A stretch of DNA of 64,000 nucleotides from Lama guanicoe (taxonomy: Eukaryota), in NCBI GenBank assembly GCA_013239625.1, contig MU053994.1:1305775-1369774 (forward strand), in the 5' to 3' direction. The position numbers and the translations under genes were made by a program. Below are positions 12,371 to 24,371 of the stretch, piece after piece. Positions within the stretch are counted from its first letter, which is position 1, and every line of letters starts with the position of its first letter. The notes below the pieces were generated by a model. That model was not told where the DNA came from and did no database searches. It saw nothing but the letters and a program-made list of their open reading frames with translations.

Positions 12371-13853
12371 CTGGATAAAGCAAGCATGGGTGTGCTCGGC
12401 TGTGGGGCTGTGGTTCTTTTCTGACCCATGGAATACCAGGGCTTTGAGAGCAGACTCCCTCTGTGGGTGGAGCTGGGGGCAAAGTTGCCAATAAATGTGA
12501 CTTTCTCATGGAAAAGTGTGTGGATGGTGATTAACAGCTGACCGTTAGTATTCCATGATTGTCTGGAACATACTGCTACAGGAGGACATTTGGAGAAGAA
12601 GGATGTGGCATGGAAACCTGCACCCTCCATGGCTCCTATGGCTCCTGCAACCCCCCAGCCGCTGCCTCCTCCCTCACTCTGCCCTTGTTTCTAGACTGAT
12701 TCATTCCTGTGGGCAAAGCCTGCCGGTCACACAAGTTGGCCCCACAAAGCAGAGGGCGTGGTCACCCAGCCTTCCTTCTGCTCACAAGTTATTTATCCTG
12801 TTGCAAAGGTGAAACAAGGCTTTCTTTTTCCCATCTGATTTATGAAGCAGGAAGAAAAATGGTTGTGTAAGAACTACAAACATAACTTCTACTCCTTCTT
12901 GGGCTCTCGGTTGGAGAGATTTCAAGATTTGTGCTTCATGAACTTGGGCTTTGCCTGCTGAATCATCTGTGCCTGGTTATAGGGCCAAACCATGGAGAGT
13001 TGGGAGGCTGAACTCTGTGTAAGTGTTGGTCTAAAGAAAGCCCTCCTTGGGATTTTCAGAGGAGGAATATTACGAGATGAGTAATAGTCTTGAGCATCCT
13101 TATTCGAGAAGATGTTTAGATTTGATCTTAAAACTGGAACAAATCAAAAGGCCATTTCATTTCTTCTTGTGGTTAGATGTGAATTAAAATCATGGATTTT
13201 CTGATTCATCAAGGCCAGACTATCCTTCATTTTAAACCTTGATGTTTTTGCATTTATCTTGGTTTCTTGGGTTGTTTCTCACACTAAAAAGGACAATGTA
13301 ATACTTGTGTAGTGCAAAGAAAACTTAAAATTCCCTTTTTTCATCCTAGCTCCTTTCCAGGCCACATGCCAAGCCCTCAGTACACCTGGAACAGGCTTCT
13401 TATGTCACCCCTTCCAAAATAGCACTAAATGCCACCAGGGTAGAGCACAGGGTCTCATATTTAAAATAATAATGAAGGGGACACCTAAAGGTTAGGAATG
13501 ATGATGTACTCATCTTAATCACACTAGATTGGTTAGTTCTAGAGCACTGATTAACTGCTGTGATGTTCAGTCCCAAGGATCAAACTCACTTCCCTGTCCT
13601 CTCAGAAACTATCAGGCCTTGAGGTCCAAATTCTCTTTACTTCAGGCTAAATCCAGTTTCCTGCTTCAGCATGGAATCACTTTGGTAGCAGTTGTTGGTC
13701 TTTCTGTAACTATTTTGCATACGGGACAGTCTCAATGATGAAGATTGTCCCCATAAATACGCTCATACATGTCCATATTTGGATTGTGGTATCTGGCCAT
13801 CGATAGCATAAGACAGCAACAAAGCAACGTGTTTTGTCAACTCTAACATAGAG

Positions 13854-13975
13854 CAGTGATTCTCGAATTGGAATGCACCTATGAACCACCTGGGGCTCTT
13901 ATTCAAATACAGGTTCTTGTTCAATAGGTTTGGGGAGGGGTCTGTGACTCTGCGTTTCTGACAAAGTGCCGAGGG
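13854..13975. mobile_element. MER5A-type hAT-Charlie fragment
   Basis: cagtgattctcgaa...gaaccacctgggg...caataggtttggggagggg...tctgcgtttctgacaa. Confidence 0.75.
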
Positions 13976-14474
13976 GTATTACGTATAAATCCAGTCTCCC
14001 TCGAGGTAAGTATACATTTAAAACCAAAGACTCTAAATAAGTATTTTAAATTTGGCAGAACAAAACCATTTGAAGGCATGCGGCTTCTGATTTAGTCTCA
14101 TAGCCCCTTCTCCTTAGCTCTTAGTTCACCTGCATCTGACCCAAGATAACTTGAGTTATTTGGCTTTTAAATCCAGGAGACAGGAACCTTTGGAATCTGC
14201 CTGTTATTAGCACTTGATGAATATTGTTTGTTCTTATTGAAACTGATTATGAGTGTCCTTTGAATGTTAGGTTCTAAATCAGCCTTGCAAACATAGTGAC
14301 ACTTCTCTAATTTTGGTCCTGGCTCCTCTCTGTTCTGTCTGCCACAAGGCCTTTCATCAGGCCACACTGTTTACTTGGCTTCATATATAGCTAATATCTC
14401 TTTATGTTAAAACTTTATTCTATAATTCACCTGCTTCCTGAACTCAGATAGGCTTTCCCCAGTTAACCCAAGGT

Positions 14475-15105
14475 GGAATCATAGCACATCATGACCAAAA
14501 GGGACTTCTGAGGCCAGGGCCTGCACAAACCCTTGTAGATCATTCTTGAGCTTTCTTTAGAATTCTTAAGGTGACTGGGAGTTCCCTGCCTCATTTAGCA
14601 GCCTGTTCCATGGTAACGATGCTCAGATTGAGAGAGAGTCCTTCAGATCTTCAGCTACATGTTACCTCTCTGTAATTTCCACTGTGATGTTGCCTTCCAG
14701 AACCAACCCCTCTTCTGCAATATGGCTCTTCAACCAACTTAAAACTACTCCTGTGACTCCCTGTTTCTTATTTCCAGGCACAAATGCCCCATTTCTTCAA
14801 TTATTTTTTGTATATCAAAGTTTCCAGACCTCCATGCTCCAGTTTGTCAATGTCCTTTTTTCCCCAGCCTTCTCTGATATGGCCTGACCAGACCTGGTTC
14901 TGAATGTCTATCTTAGCAGCCATGTTTTGCTGTTGGCTCATATTGAGTCAAGAAAACTCCCCCGGGACTTTTCAAAGGGATCTGAGTTTTCCGGACCAGG
15001 GCCATTGAGTATTTGAATCCAGTGTAGATGTTTACATTTATCTTTATTGGATTTCATCTTGTTTCTTTCAACCATTCCTTCTATTCAGTTGAGATCTTGA
15101 GGCCT
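14475..15105 (-). mobile_element. L3/CR1 LINE fragment
   Basis: gcagcctgttcca, ctctctgtaatttccac, atgctccagtttgtcaatgtcc, tgttggctcatattgag, tttacatttatctttattggatttcatcttg. Confidence 0.8.
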
Positions 15106-15624
15106 GCTTCCAAACCTTCATCCATGATAGCCTACTTGTCATCAGGATACTCACAACCTGTTGGGTCTTTCTGATCCCATCTATATCACCTGCCAGGCCA
15201 GCCTCCCATTCCCCTACTACCTGTTTTCCTCATAAAGTGAGGGCCAAGACCCTGGGATTTGGAGGAGAAGGACTCAGAGACAGAATATCAAAATGCAGTG
15301 GGTCCTACAGAGGGGAGTGAAAAGGGAATAGGAGTGAGAGAGAAGGAGAACAGGAAAGGGGAAGGAAAGCCCAGAGTAGACTGGGAGAGAAGGAAATCCT
15401 TTGACCTCTTGGCTGGTTGGAAGTCTAGTGTGGCAGGTTGGATGTGGTTGAATGTACATGGCAGGTGAATGTATGTAAATCAGGACATGTCAGTGTAACC
15501 AGTATACAGACAAGCATAGCCTTGGACGTGAACAAAGCAACACTTAATTGTTTGCCTTTATTCAGGGAGGGCAATCTTCCCCCAAACCTGAATGCAAGTG
15601 GATCAAGTCTCATTTCTATAGATT

Positions 15625-15890
15625 GGTTTTGTTTTTTTTGTTTTGTTTTTGTTTTGTTTTTTCATATAGACTTTTTATTTGGGGGGGCAGTTTCAGGTTC
15701 ACAGCAAAATTGAGTGGAAAGTACACAGATTTTCCATATACTCCTGTACCCCCCAGTGCCCCCAGCACCAACATCCCCACCAGAGTGGTACATTTGTTAA
15801 AATGGATGGACCTGTATATAGACACATCATTGTCACCCACAATCCCTAGTTTGCATTAGAATTCATTCTTGGTGTTGAACATTCTATGAT
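15625..15890 (-). mobile_element. L1MC1-like 3' end with (GTTTT)n tail
   Basis: cagtttcaggttcacagcaaaattgag...caccagagtggtacatttgtta. Confidence 0.85.
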
Positions 15891-16401
15891 TTTTCTTAAT
15901 AACAATATCTTGAGCGTCTTTCTAGTCTTTATTGTATAGATCTATTTAGTTTTCTTAACTATTTACCTATCTAGTTTCAGTTACCAAGAATGTATGCTAT
16001 TTTTTAAACGATAGTAAGAACCAATAGATACAATTTTTTCTCCTGCTTTTTTCTTTTTTTTCTACTTAAAGTTGTGAGCATTTGCTTGTGTGACCAAGAA
16101 AAAATTTGGTATTTTTTTCAGAGACCAAAGAGGAAAAAGTGTATCAGTGGACACTGCTAGGAGCTAGTATACTAAATCTTTATAATTAAGAATTCACTGA
16201 TTCCCTAGAAAGGGTAAATTCAGATGAATAAATACATGTGGTATTTTTTTCCATTGTTTATTTAAGTAACATTTTAGCTGTTAAGTATGTCCTTTCTTTT
16301 GCTACTCTATCCCCCCTTATTTTTCCTTATTTTGTTTTTAGTTCCTTCTCACCTTCACTCTCATTGACAAACAATGAGTGCTTGGCATCACCATCAGAAT
16401 T

Positions 16402-16434
16402 TGTGTGTGTGTGTGTGTATGCACACGCACGCGT
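16402..16434 (+). repeat. (TG)n/(CA,CG) alternating purine-pyrimidine tract
   Basis: tgtgtgtgtgtgtgtgtatgcacacgcacgcgt. Confidence 0.9.
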
Positions 16435-16624
16435 CACCTTTTCAGTCACTCAACTTGTCTGACTCCACTTGATCTTCCCTGCATAGCTAGAGATTGGTAG
16501 TAACAATATTTCATTCCATTTGACTGCCACAAATACTCATTTTTATGGACTTTACACACCTTGTTTTAAAGTGGCTTTTGGATCAGAGCATTATATATTC
16601 GTGCCTATTTTGCTATGATATTCT

Positions 16625-17596
16625 TTTTATTTTTTTTCCTTATCTTTTGACTCCCTTCACCCATTCTCCCTGCCTGCCTCCGTCTCCCCCATCCCCAAAC
16701 CTTAGCCTCTGACAACCACCATGTTGTCACATATGGCAAGATTTCCTCCTTTTGTAAGGCTGAATACTATTCCATTATATACATATACCACATTTTTTTA
16801 CCCATTCATCCATCGATGGATGCTTAGGTTGTTTCCATGTACTGGCTACTATAAATAATGCTGCAGTGAACATGGGAGTGCAGATACCTTTTCAAGTTAG
16901 TGTTTTTGTTTTCTTCAGACAGAAACCCAGAAGTGGAATTGCTGGATCATATGGTAGTTCTATTTTTAATTTTTTGAGGGACCTCCATGCTGTTTTTCAC
17001 AGTGGTCACACAATTTACATTCCCTCCAATATGGCATGGGGTTCCTTTTTCTCCACATCCCTGCCAGCACTTGTTATTTCTTGTCTATTTGATCAGTGCC
17101 ATTCTAACAGGTGTGAGGTGGTATCTCACTGTTGTTTTGATTTGTATTTCCCTGATGATTAGTAATGTTGAGCATCTTTTCATGTATCTGTTGACCATCC
17201 GGAAAAATGCCTATTTAGATCTTCTGCCCAGTTTTTAATCAGATTTTTTTTTGTTACTGAGTTGTATGAGTTCTTTAAATATTTTGGATATTAACCATTT
17301 GTCAGGTGCATGGTTTGCAAGTATTTTCTCCCTTTCAGTAGGTTGCATTTTCATTTTGTTGATGGTTTCCTTTGCTATGCAGAGGCTTTTTTGTGTGATA
17401 CAGTCCCACTTGTTTATTTTTGCTTTTGTTGCTTTAACTTTTGGTGTCAGATTGAAAAATATATATCGCCAAGGCCTATGTCAAGGATCTTACCACCTAC
17501 GTTTTCCTCTAGGAGTTTTATGGTTTTGGGTCTTACATTCAAGTCTTTAATCCATTTTGAGTTAATTTGTGTGTATAGTGTATGATGGTGGTCCAG
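16625..17596 (-). mobile_element. L1 (L1MA9-like) ORF2 3' end/3' UTR fragment
   Basis: aataatgctgcagtgaacatgggagtgcagata, agaagtggaattgctggatcatatggtagttctatttttaattttttgagg. Confidence 0.92.
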
Positions 17597-17607
17597 AGCT
17601 AATAGAT

Positions 17608-18670
17608 TGTAACAGTCTCTTCAAGTCGTAATTGAGCAATTAGAATGTCCTGTCCAAGATGTTAAAAGTCAAAATTCCAAGTTTGGCTTAGCATTAAATC
17701 TTTCCCCTGCCTGCCTCAAGCCTCTTTTAGACTGAAAGGCTACAGTGGAGAGGTAGGGTGGGGAGTAAACCTTCTCCTCTCTTCCGGCTCACCATTTGTT
17801 GGCTGCTATTTTGCTTCAGCCACTGTTGAAGCTGAGGGAGGGAGGAGAGGCCTGGAAGCAGACAGCTGTAACTTGCCAGAGTGGCGTTGCTCTTCCTAGG
17901 TCTCATTTTCAGATGGTTAAAGTTGAGGCCCCAGCCGGCATCCCTGGATGGGTATGGAAGATGAATAAAGCCAGCTCTCTCTCGTGTGGTATTATTCTCT
18001 TGGGCTTTCTGGAGGTTCCCATGGCTGGAGAGCTCTCTCCTACAGTTTTCTTGACCTTGGTCTTACATGTCACCATAAAGGGTGGTGGGTGTAGGACTGC
18101 TCCTCAGCTAGAAATTTGGCAGGACACCTCCAGCCTCTTGCTGCTGAGATTGCCTTGCACTACTGTACAGGACTCAAGCAGACTCCACATCAGCTCTCTC
18201 TCTCCTCCATGGGCACTTTAGATCTATGGGTCACACTCTTGTGCCTCTTGTCCCAGTGTACTCTGGGAGTCCAGGGTCACCCCGAGGCAGCAGTCTCCAC
18301 TGACTTGGCCACCAAAGCACTTAATGGCCCTTCCCTCTCCCCAACATGGCCTGGGGCTGGAGGCATACCTTGACCTAAAGCCCACTTTAGCTTTCATGGG
18401 CATGGGCGAGGTTCCCTGGAGCTCCCAACTGCAGGGAACATATTGTAAAGCACCTTGAAGGCCGACCCCGTTACTGTACTTGCGGTTAAGAGTAACACCC
18501 CAACCCCTGCCTTAAACAGGGGAGAAGAGGGCATTCACTGCAGAGCTACTGTTCTTCACCAGTCTCCTCATACACAATCCGCTTTCCCCACATTCTGACT
18601 CTTTTTAAATCCTCAAAATGGGAGGTGGGGCTCAAAAGCCCTTAGGAGCAGCCGGTTAAGAAAGCAGTTT
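17608..18670 (-). mobile_element. possible ancient LTR (LTR78-like)
   Basis: starts tgtaacag; reverse strand ggacattctaattg...gagactgttaca recalls LTR78; weak, from memory. Confidence 0.35.
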
Positions 18671-19400
18671 GTTGTTACCTCCTAAAGTTGAGTAGTCACA
18701 CGCATAGGTATATACTCAAGAGAAGCCCTGGCATATCCAATAGGAGATGGGTATAGGAATGTTCACAGCAGCTTCATTCTCAAACTAGGGTTGCCAGATA
18801 AAATATAGGGTGCCCAGTTACACTTAAATTTCAGACAATGAATAAGTTTTTGGTATAAGCATGTTTCCAACATTTCACTTATTTTTAAAAATTCATTGTT
18901 TATCGGAAATTCAGATTTACCTGGGCATCCTATATTTTTACTTGCTAAATCTGGCAATCCTATCCCAAACCAATGCCCATTAAAAGTGAGTGGAAAAATA
19001 GATTGGGTGATATACACATGGTGAAAAATTACACAGAAGTCTAAATGAATGAAAAGCAGTTCTTAAAAAAATGAATGAATCTTAGCAATTAAAAAAATCT
19101 GAAAAAATAAGCCCTAAAAGATTACATATGACATATTATTCTTTTTGGTTGAAGTTATAAACAACTAATATAAAATATTTATATTTTTAGAGGAATGTAT
19201 GTAGCTGCAATACAACTATATAAAAAGAAAAGAATTAGAATAATGAATATATGATTCAAAATGATGATAAATTATCTTGAATGGGGAATCAAAGGCATAG
19301 ATTAATGGGGGAATGACATGTAGGCTATTATCAAGGTCTTGGCTTTTGTTTTCTGTGGTGACTTTGCTAGTACTTCTGGGGTGTGCATGGACTAATAATG
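18670..19400 (+). mobile_element. L1ME-type 3' fragment interrupted by MER53
   Basis: ataggtatatactcaagagaa...gaatgttcacagcagcttcatt...atgaatgaatcttagcaa. Confidence 0.75.
18786..18962. mobile_element. MER53 palindromic hAT MITE
   Basis: TIRs tagggttgccagat/atctggcaatccta; TSD tctcaaac/tcccaaac. Confidence 0.93.
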
Positions 19401-19549
19401 GGAGTATGTCATTAACCAATAGTTATGAGTAATCCAATAATCTGTATCTGATACCAAAAATTAACTTATATTTAAAAGATGGGAAAAGAAACAGAAAACT
19501 GAGGTAGGTAGAATTCCATTATGGAAGTATACCGTATTTTTTCAAGCAG

Positions 19550-19810
19550 GAGGGAAAGAAGGATTGGCAGGGAAGATGTCTCTGAAGAGGCAATAGCTGA
19601 AATGGACCTTGAAGGATGTGAAGAAGTTAACTAGATGGAGGAGGACGGAAAAGCATCCAGGAACAGCATGTTGGGAGGCAAAGCAATACCACAGAGCTTG
19701 GCCTGCTCAGAGAACAGTAGTGAAGCTCAGGGTGGTCACAAGCAGAGTTGGGTGACAGTGTTGAGAACAGAAGCTGGAGAGGTGGGGAGGAGGTCAGAAC
19801 TTACCACTGG
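19550..19810 (-). mobile_element. L2 fragment
   Basis: gaccttgaaggatgtgaagaagtt...gcatccaggaacagcatg...gaagctggagaggtggggagg. Confidence 0.75.
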
Positions 19811-20289
19811 GCCTCAGAGTGAGGAAACAGCAAAAGGGTTATGTAGGAGGCTGGAATTGTCAGTCTCTAGGAAATTCTCATACCCAAATGAGGAGTCTCC
19901 CGACTTCACATATGTCGCCTATTGATAAGGCTGTTGCATATGGTGGAGGGTGGTTGGAGAGGACTGACAAGTCCAATGCTAAAAAGACAGCGTCTCATGG
20001 ACTTCATGGATACTGAGTGAAAAATGGGCAAGGGATGGCTTATAACTCTGGTTCAAAATCATAAATACAGGATGACTAATAGCTCTGAGAATAGAGGGTT
20101 ATCAGTTTGGTGGGAAAGGGGAGTGGGTAGCAGAAGAGTTTGGGAAATTCTCCAAAGGTGATTGTAAGAAAAATTTAAAGTCATTAACAAAGAAATATGA
20201 GTAGACTTCCCTGATGGTGCCTCTGGCTTTCTCATGTCTTACCTGCAGCAGTCACTCCCCTACACCTGACAAACCCATGGACTTTGTTC

Positions 20290-20915
20290 TTTCAATTTGT
20301 TCTATTCCATTTACAAAGTACATCTACTACCACATGTCGGGTGGTGTGTTAGATGCTGGAAATACCAAGAGGAATAAATTATAGCTCATGCCTTCGTTAG
20401 GGTGATAGCCAAGTAGGAACACAAACCATCAGCAAGTAGCTATATTAATATTTGAAAAGTACTAGAACAGAATTATGTACAAGTTACTAAAGGAATATAG
20501 AAGAGGGGGTGATTGCTGCTGCCTAAAGTGGGAGTGTCAGAAACAGGGTAGCATTTGAGCTAGAGGGTAAAGGTTGAGTGGAAGTTGGACAAGCAGATGG
20601 TGGGAGAGGGGGAGCGTGCAAAGCAGAGAGAACAGCAAGAGCAAAGACCTGAGGTGAGGCTGCCGAGGGCAGGCTGGAGCTGGGTTGGGACAGGCTTTCT
20701 TGATCTTGCTGAGGAGTATGAACTTTATTCTGCATGCCATGGCTTTTAAGCAGGGCGGTGCCAGGAGCAGCTCTGGGTCTTTAGAACAAGCCTCCTGGCC
20801 AGAGGAGGGTGGAGTGGAGGGGCCCAGGTTGAGGTCACAGACGATAGCTAGGAGGCAGCTGCAGGGGTTCCTGTGAGTGCTGACGAGCCTACAGAGGGGC
20901 TGTGGGGATGGTGAT
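20290..20915 (-). mobile_element. L2 fragment including 3' end
   Basis: gcagagagaacagcaagagcaaagacctgagg...tttaagcaggg...gctaggaggcagctgcagg. Confidence 0.8.
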
Positions 20916-21419
20916 GCCAGGACCACAAAAGGCCTTGGTTGTGACATAAGTCATTCCCCTCCCTGCCAGCCACACAGGTAGATTATGTGTAAGGGACATG
21001 GCCTTTGAGGAGGCGGGAGCACGGGCCGGGAGAGGGAGTGGATTTGGGAAGGGCTGCAGAGACAGGAAGGGTGTTTCTACCATACACCTGCCAAAAGAAA
21101 CCTGTGACTCAGTGGATGGCATGTCTGATTACCCAGAAGATTTTACAGTTGGTTATCCTGACTCCTATCTACTTCCGTAATTCCACACTGCGTCAGAAGT
21201 GGGATAGCAGTCAAGGGATGGGGTCCACCCCGATGCCTTTTCTTGAATGTAAATAATTTTACACCCATCATGAGCCTATTGTAGGGAAGCGCCTTTATAG
21301 AAGGCACATACCAAGGGAAGATTGATAAAGAGCAAGAAAAACGTCTTTTTTTAAGGACTGCAAGTCTCACACCCGATTGGAGTGACCTTCCCTGTGTAAG
21401 AATTGACTTATATCAGTCA

Positions 21420-21572
21420 TCAATAATATCAAGATACCTCCTATTTAGAGAGCTATATGCTGGAAGCTGGGTGAGATAGTGCTCTATACTATCTGATTCA
21501 TTCTGCAGAACGCCTACAAGTGGTAAACATTATTAGCTATTTTTGCAGGTGGGGAAGTAAGGCTGAGGGAGT
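21420..21572 (-). mobile_element. MIR fragment
   Basis: tattagctatttttgcaggtggggaagtaaggctgaggga. Confidence 0.6.
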
Positions 21573-21749
21573 CCTATTGCATTGGTCATCAGATGGGGTC
21601 TAGAAATATCCTCCCTGTTCCAACTGGTGATGATACTGATTGTCCTCTGACCTGTGGATCATTTTCTTTGTTACTGATCAGAACAATAGCCTCAGCCATC
21701 CTAGATGAAAACCGTTCCCTTTCTCCCACCCTGAAGTACTTCTCTACAG

Positions 21750-21819
21750 CACAGTCCTTCTGAGAGCCATGTTTGGTTGCAAGGTCTTTAAAAATCCAGC
21801 CACCATGGGAATTACGTTG
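21750..21819 (+). other. candidate 70-nt exon containing perfect Kozak ATG
   Basis: acceptor tacttctctacag|, GCCACCATGG at 21799-21808, donor TTG|gtgaga. Confidence 0.25.
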
Positions 21820-22538
21820 GTGAGAGACTCGGGCTGCGAGGGCTTTCAGCAGTGCCTGCTATTCTGTCTGCTTCAGCTGATACTTAACAGTCCAGCGGTT
21901 AGAAGATGGAAAATAATTATTCTGTCTAGCCGGGAGATTGGGTGATAAAAGGAAACTTTGGGCTGCTGATTAAATTGTTTATTTAAGCACGAGCTTAGCT
22001 GTGTCTTTGGCATAATGTGCTGTAGGAAGAAGACAGGGATCTGTCCTCACAGAGAGACACCCACAGGGCGGCCGTGATGTCCACCCCTGCCTCTCTTCAG
22101 CTTGCTATGTTTTTGTTTCCTGCCTGGCTCTGACTCTTGAGGACTTTATGAGGCTGGAATTGGGTGGAATAACAGAATGTTAGGTCCAGAGAAGTGTGAC
22201 AGTGCCAGCAAGGGGCCAAGAATGGCCTGCAGTCCAGGTCCCCTGATTTCTGGGCTCATGTTTTCTGTTTGCCTTGTGCTCCTCCAAGTGTGTACTGCCT
22301 CCACGAGATGTACTTTGCCTTCTCCTCCTCCTGGCTCTTATCTGCATTCCCACCGCCCTCACCGGCTGATGGAAGAAACATTGGCTTTCTTTCTTTTCTT
22401 TTTTCACTGTTTTCCTTAGATTTCTTCCTCCTCCTCTGTGTTTGAACATGTATAATTCGTATGTGATGCATAATTTAAGCCCTTAGTTTGCCCATATTTT
22501 GAACATAGACAAGCCCAACTTTCTAGAAAGTACTAGAC

Positions 22539-22766
22539 CAGTGGTGAGCAAATTACGACCTGTGGGCCAAATCCAGCCTTGCCTGTTTTTGTAAAGAAAG
22601 TTTTATCGGAACCCAGCCATGCTCATTGGTTTCTGTACCGTCTGTGGCTGCTTTCTCACCACGACAGCAGAGCTGAGTAGTTGCAGCAGAGATTGTATGG
22701 CCTGCAAAGCCTAAAATATTTACTATCTGGCCCTCTATGGAAAAAACATTTTTTTGCCAACTCCTG
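22539..22766 (+). mobile_element. MER58A (hAT-Charlie), full length
   Basis: close consensus match; TSD tactagac/cactagac. Confidence 0.93.
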
Positions 22767-23520
22767 CACTAGACAAATATATTACAAGCTAAATTCTAAT
22801 TTAGGTCATTCCTGTCCCCAGAGAGCCACAAGCCTAACTTTTATGCCTGCAGAATCATGGGAGACCTGAGTCGTGTTTAACTGAACCATTGAGGGGATGA
22901 GAATTCAGCAAGAATGTAAGATTCACTAACCAAATTAGGATTTAGTTTCTAAACTTTACTTTTTGATATTCTGGACATTAAGGAACCTCAGATTCAGTTT
23001 CTGCTCCTACTTTTCTTTTTTAAGACTTTACTTATGTAGAGCAGTTTCAGGTTCATAGCAAAATTGAGAGGAAGGTACAGAGATTTCCCATATACCCTCT
23101 ACCCTGACACATGCATAGCCTCCCCAGTTAACACCCCCACCAGAAGGGTACATTTGTTAAGATTGATGAACCTACACTGACCCATTGTAATCACACAAAG
23201 TCCGTAGTTTACATTAGAGCTCACTCTTGGTGTTGTACATTCTATGCATTTGGACAAATATATAAATGACCTGTATCTACCATTATAGTATCATACAGAG
23301 TATTTTCACTGCTCTAAAAATCCTCTGTGCTCTGTCTATTCTTCCCCCCCGCCACACCAACCTCCTGACAACCACTGATCTGTTTACTGTCTCCAATTTT
23401 GCATTTTCCAGAATCTCACATAATTGCAGTCATACAGTACATATCCTTCTCAGATTAGTATCTTTCAGTTAGTAATTTGCATTTAAGTTTCCTCCCTGTC
23501 TTTTCATCGCTAGATAGCTC

Positions 23521-23522
<2 letters not shown>

Positions 23523-23554
<32 letters not shown>
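23523..23554 (+). repeat. (TG)16 microsatellite
   Basis: read directly. Confidence 0.95.
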
Positions 23555-23556
<2 letters not shown>

Positions 23557-23642
23557 GAATCATATTGCATTGTCTGGATATACTGTTGGGGGAGAATAGG
23601 TTCTTGCCTTGCCCAGGAAAGAATTCAAGAGCAAGGCATGGT

Positions 23643-23653
23643 AAAGTGAAAGT
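23643..23653 (+). promoter_or_regulatory. IRF-E motif AAAGTGAAAGT in MER41-like LTR
   Basis: motif match only. Confidence 0.45.
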
Positions 23654-23888
23654 AAGTTTATTTAGAGAGCTGCACAGTGCATGGACAGAGTGTGGTCTGT
23701 CTCTCTCAGAAGGGAAAATGGCTTAGGAGATACACACTCCATAGGCAGAGTGCGGGCCTTCTCAGAAGGTGAACATGACAGAGCGAGAGAGCGGCCACGC
23801 AGGAGTTGTTAGGTTTTTGGGGCTTGGTAATCTCCCATGCTAATGGGTAGGAGGATTATTCCAACTACTTTGGGAAAGGGGCAAGGAT

Positions 23889-23897
23889 TTCCAGGAA
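23889..23897. promoter_or_regulatory. GAS (STAT) motif TTCCAGGAA in MER41-like LTR
   Basis: TTCN3GAA at the position of the first of the two MER41 GAS sites. Confidence 0.5.
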
Positions 23898-24371
23898 ATG
23901 CCCCACCCCACCCACTTTTTGACCTTATATGGTCAGCCTGGGAGCTGTTACGGTGCCTGTGGGTGCACCATGCTGCTCAAGGTCTCCTAGAGGTTGAGTC
24001 TTCTGCCAGCTTGCTTGTAACCAGTTTGTCCTGTCCTCAATTGCTGTGTCATTCCTTCAGTAGTTGTGCCCTGCCCCTTTTCCTTCCACGTCAATACCAC
24101 AGTTTTATTTATCCATTCACCTACTGGAGGATATCTTGGTTGTTTTCTAGTTTTGACAACTATGCATAAAGCTGCTATAAACATCTGTGTTCAGGTTCTC
24201 GTGTGGACATAAGCCCTTTCCCACTTTTAAGCCTTCCATGCCTTCTCCTCCATATGCCAGACCCTTATAGCCATGTCAGCCCCTCCTGTTGCCCTGCCTT
24301 TGCACCTTGGAGATTCCCTGGCTGGGGTGTGAACCATCTTGCTCCAGTCAAGACATAACACATGCTCCAGC

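Larger units (their letters stand above)
23584..24093 (-). mobile_element. MER41-like ERV1 solo LTR (510 bp)
   Basis: TG...CA ends, perfect 4-bp TSD ATAC (23580-23583/24094-24097), minus-strand AATAAACTTACTTTCACTTTAC...GAATTCTTTCC...CAAGAACC and GAATAATCC motifs of the MER41 family. Confidence 0.85.
23010..24215 (-). mobile_element. L1MC1-like 3' region split by an LTR insertion
   Basis: agagcagtttcaggttcatagcaaaattgag...tgtctggatatac|LTR|cacagttttatttatccattcacc. Confidence 0.9.

Noticed and set aside
16866..17585. cluster of hydrophobic ORFs
   Set aside because: Antisense translations of L1 ORF2
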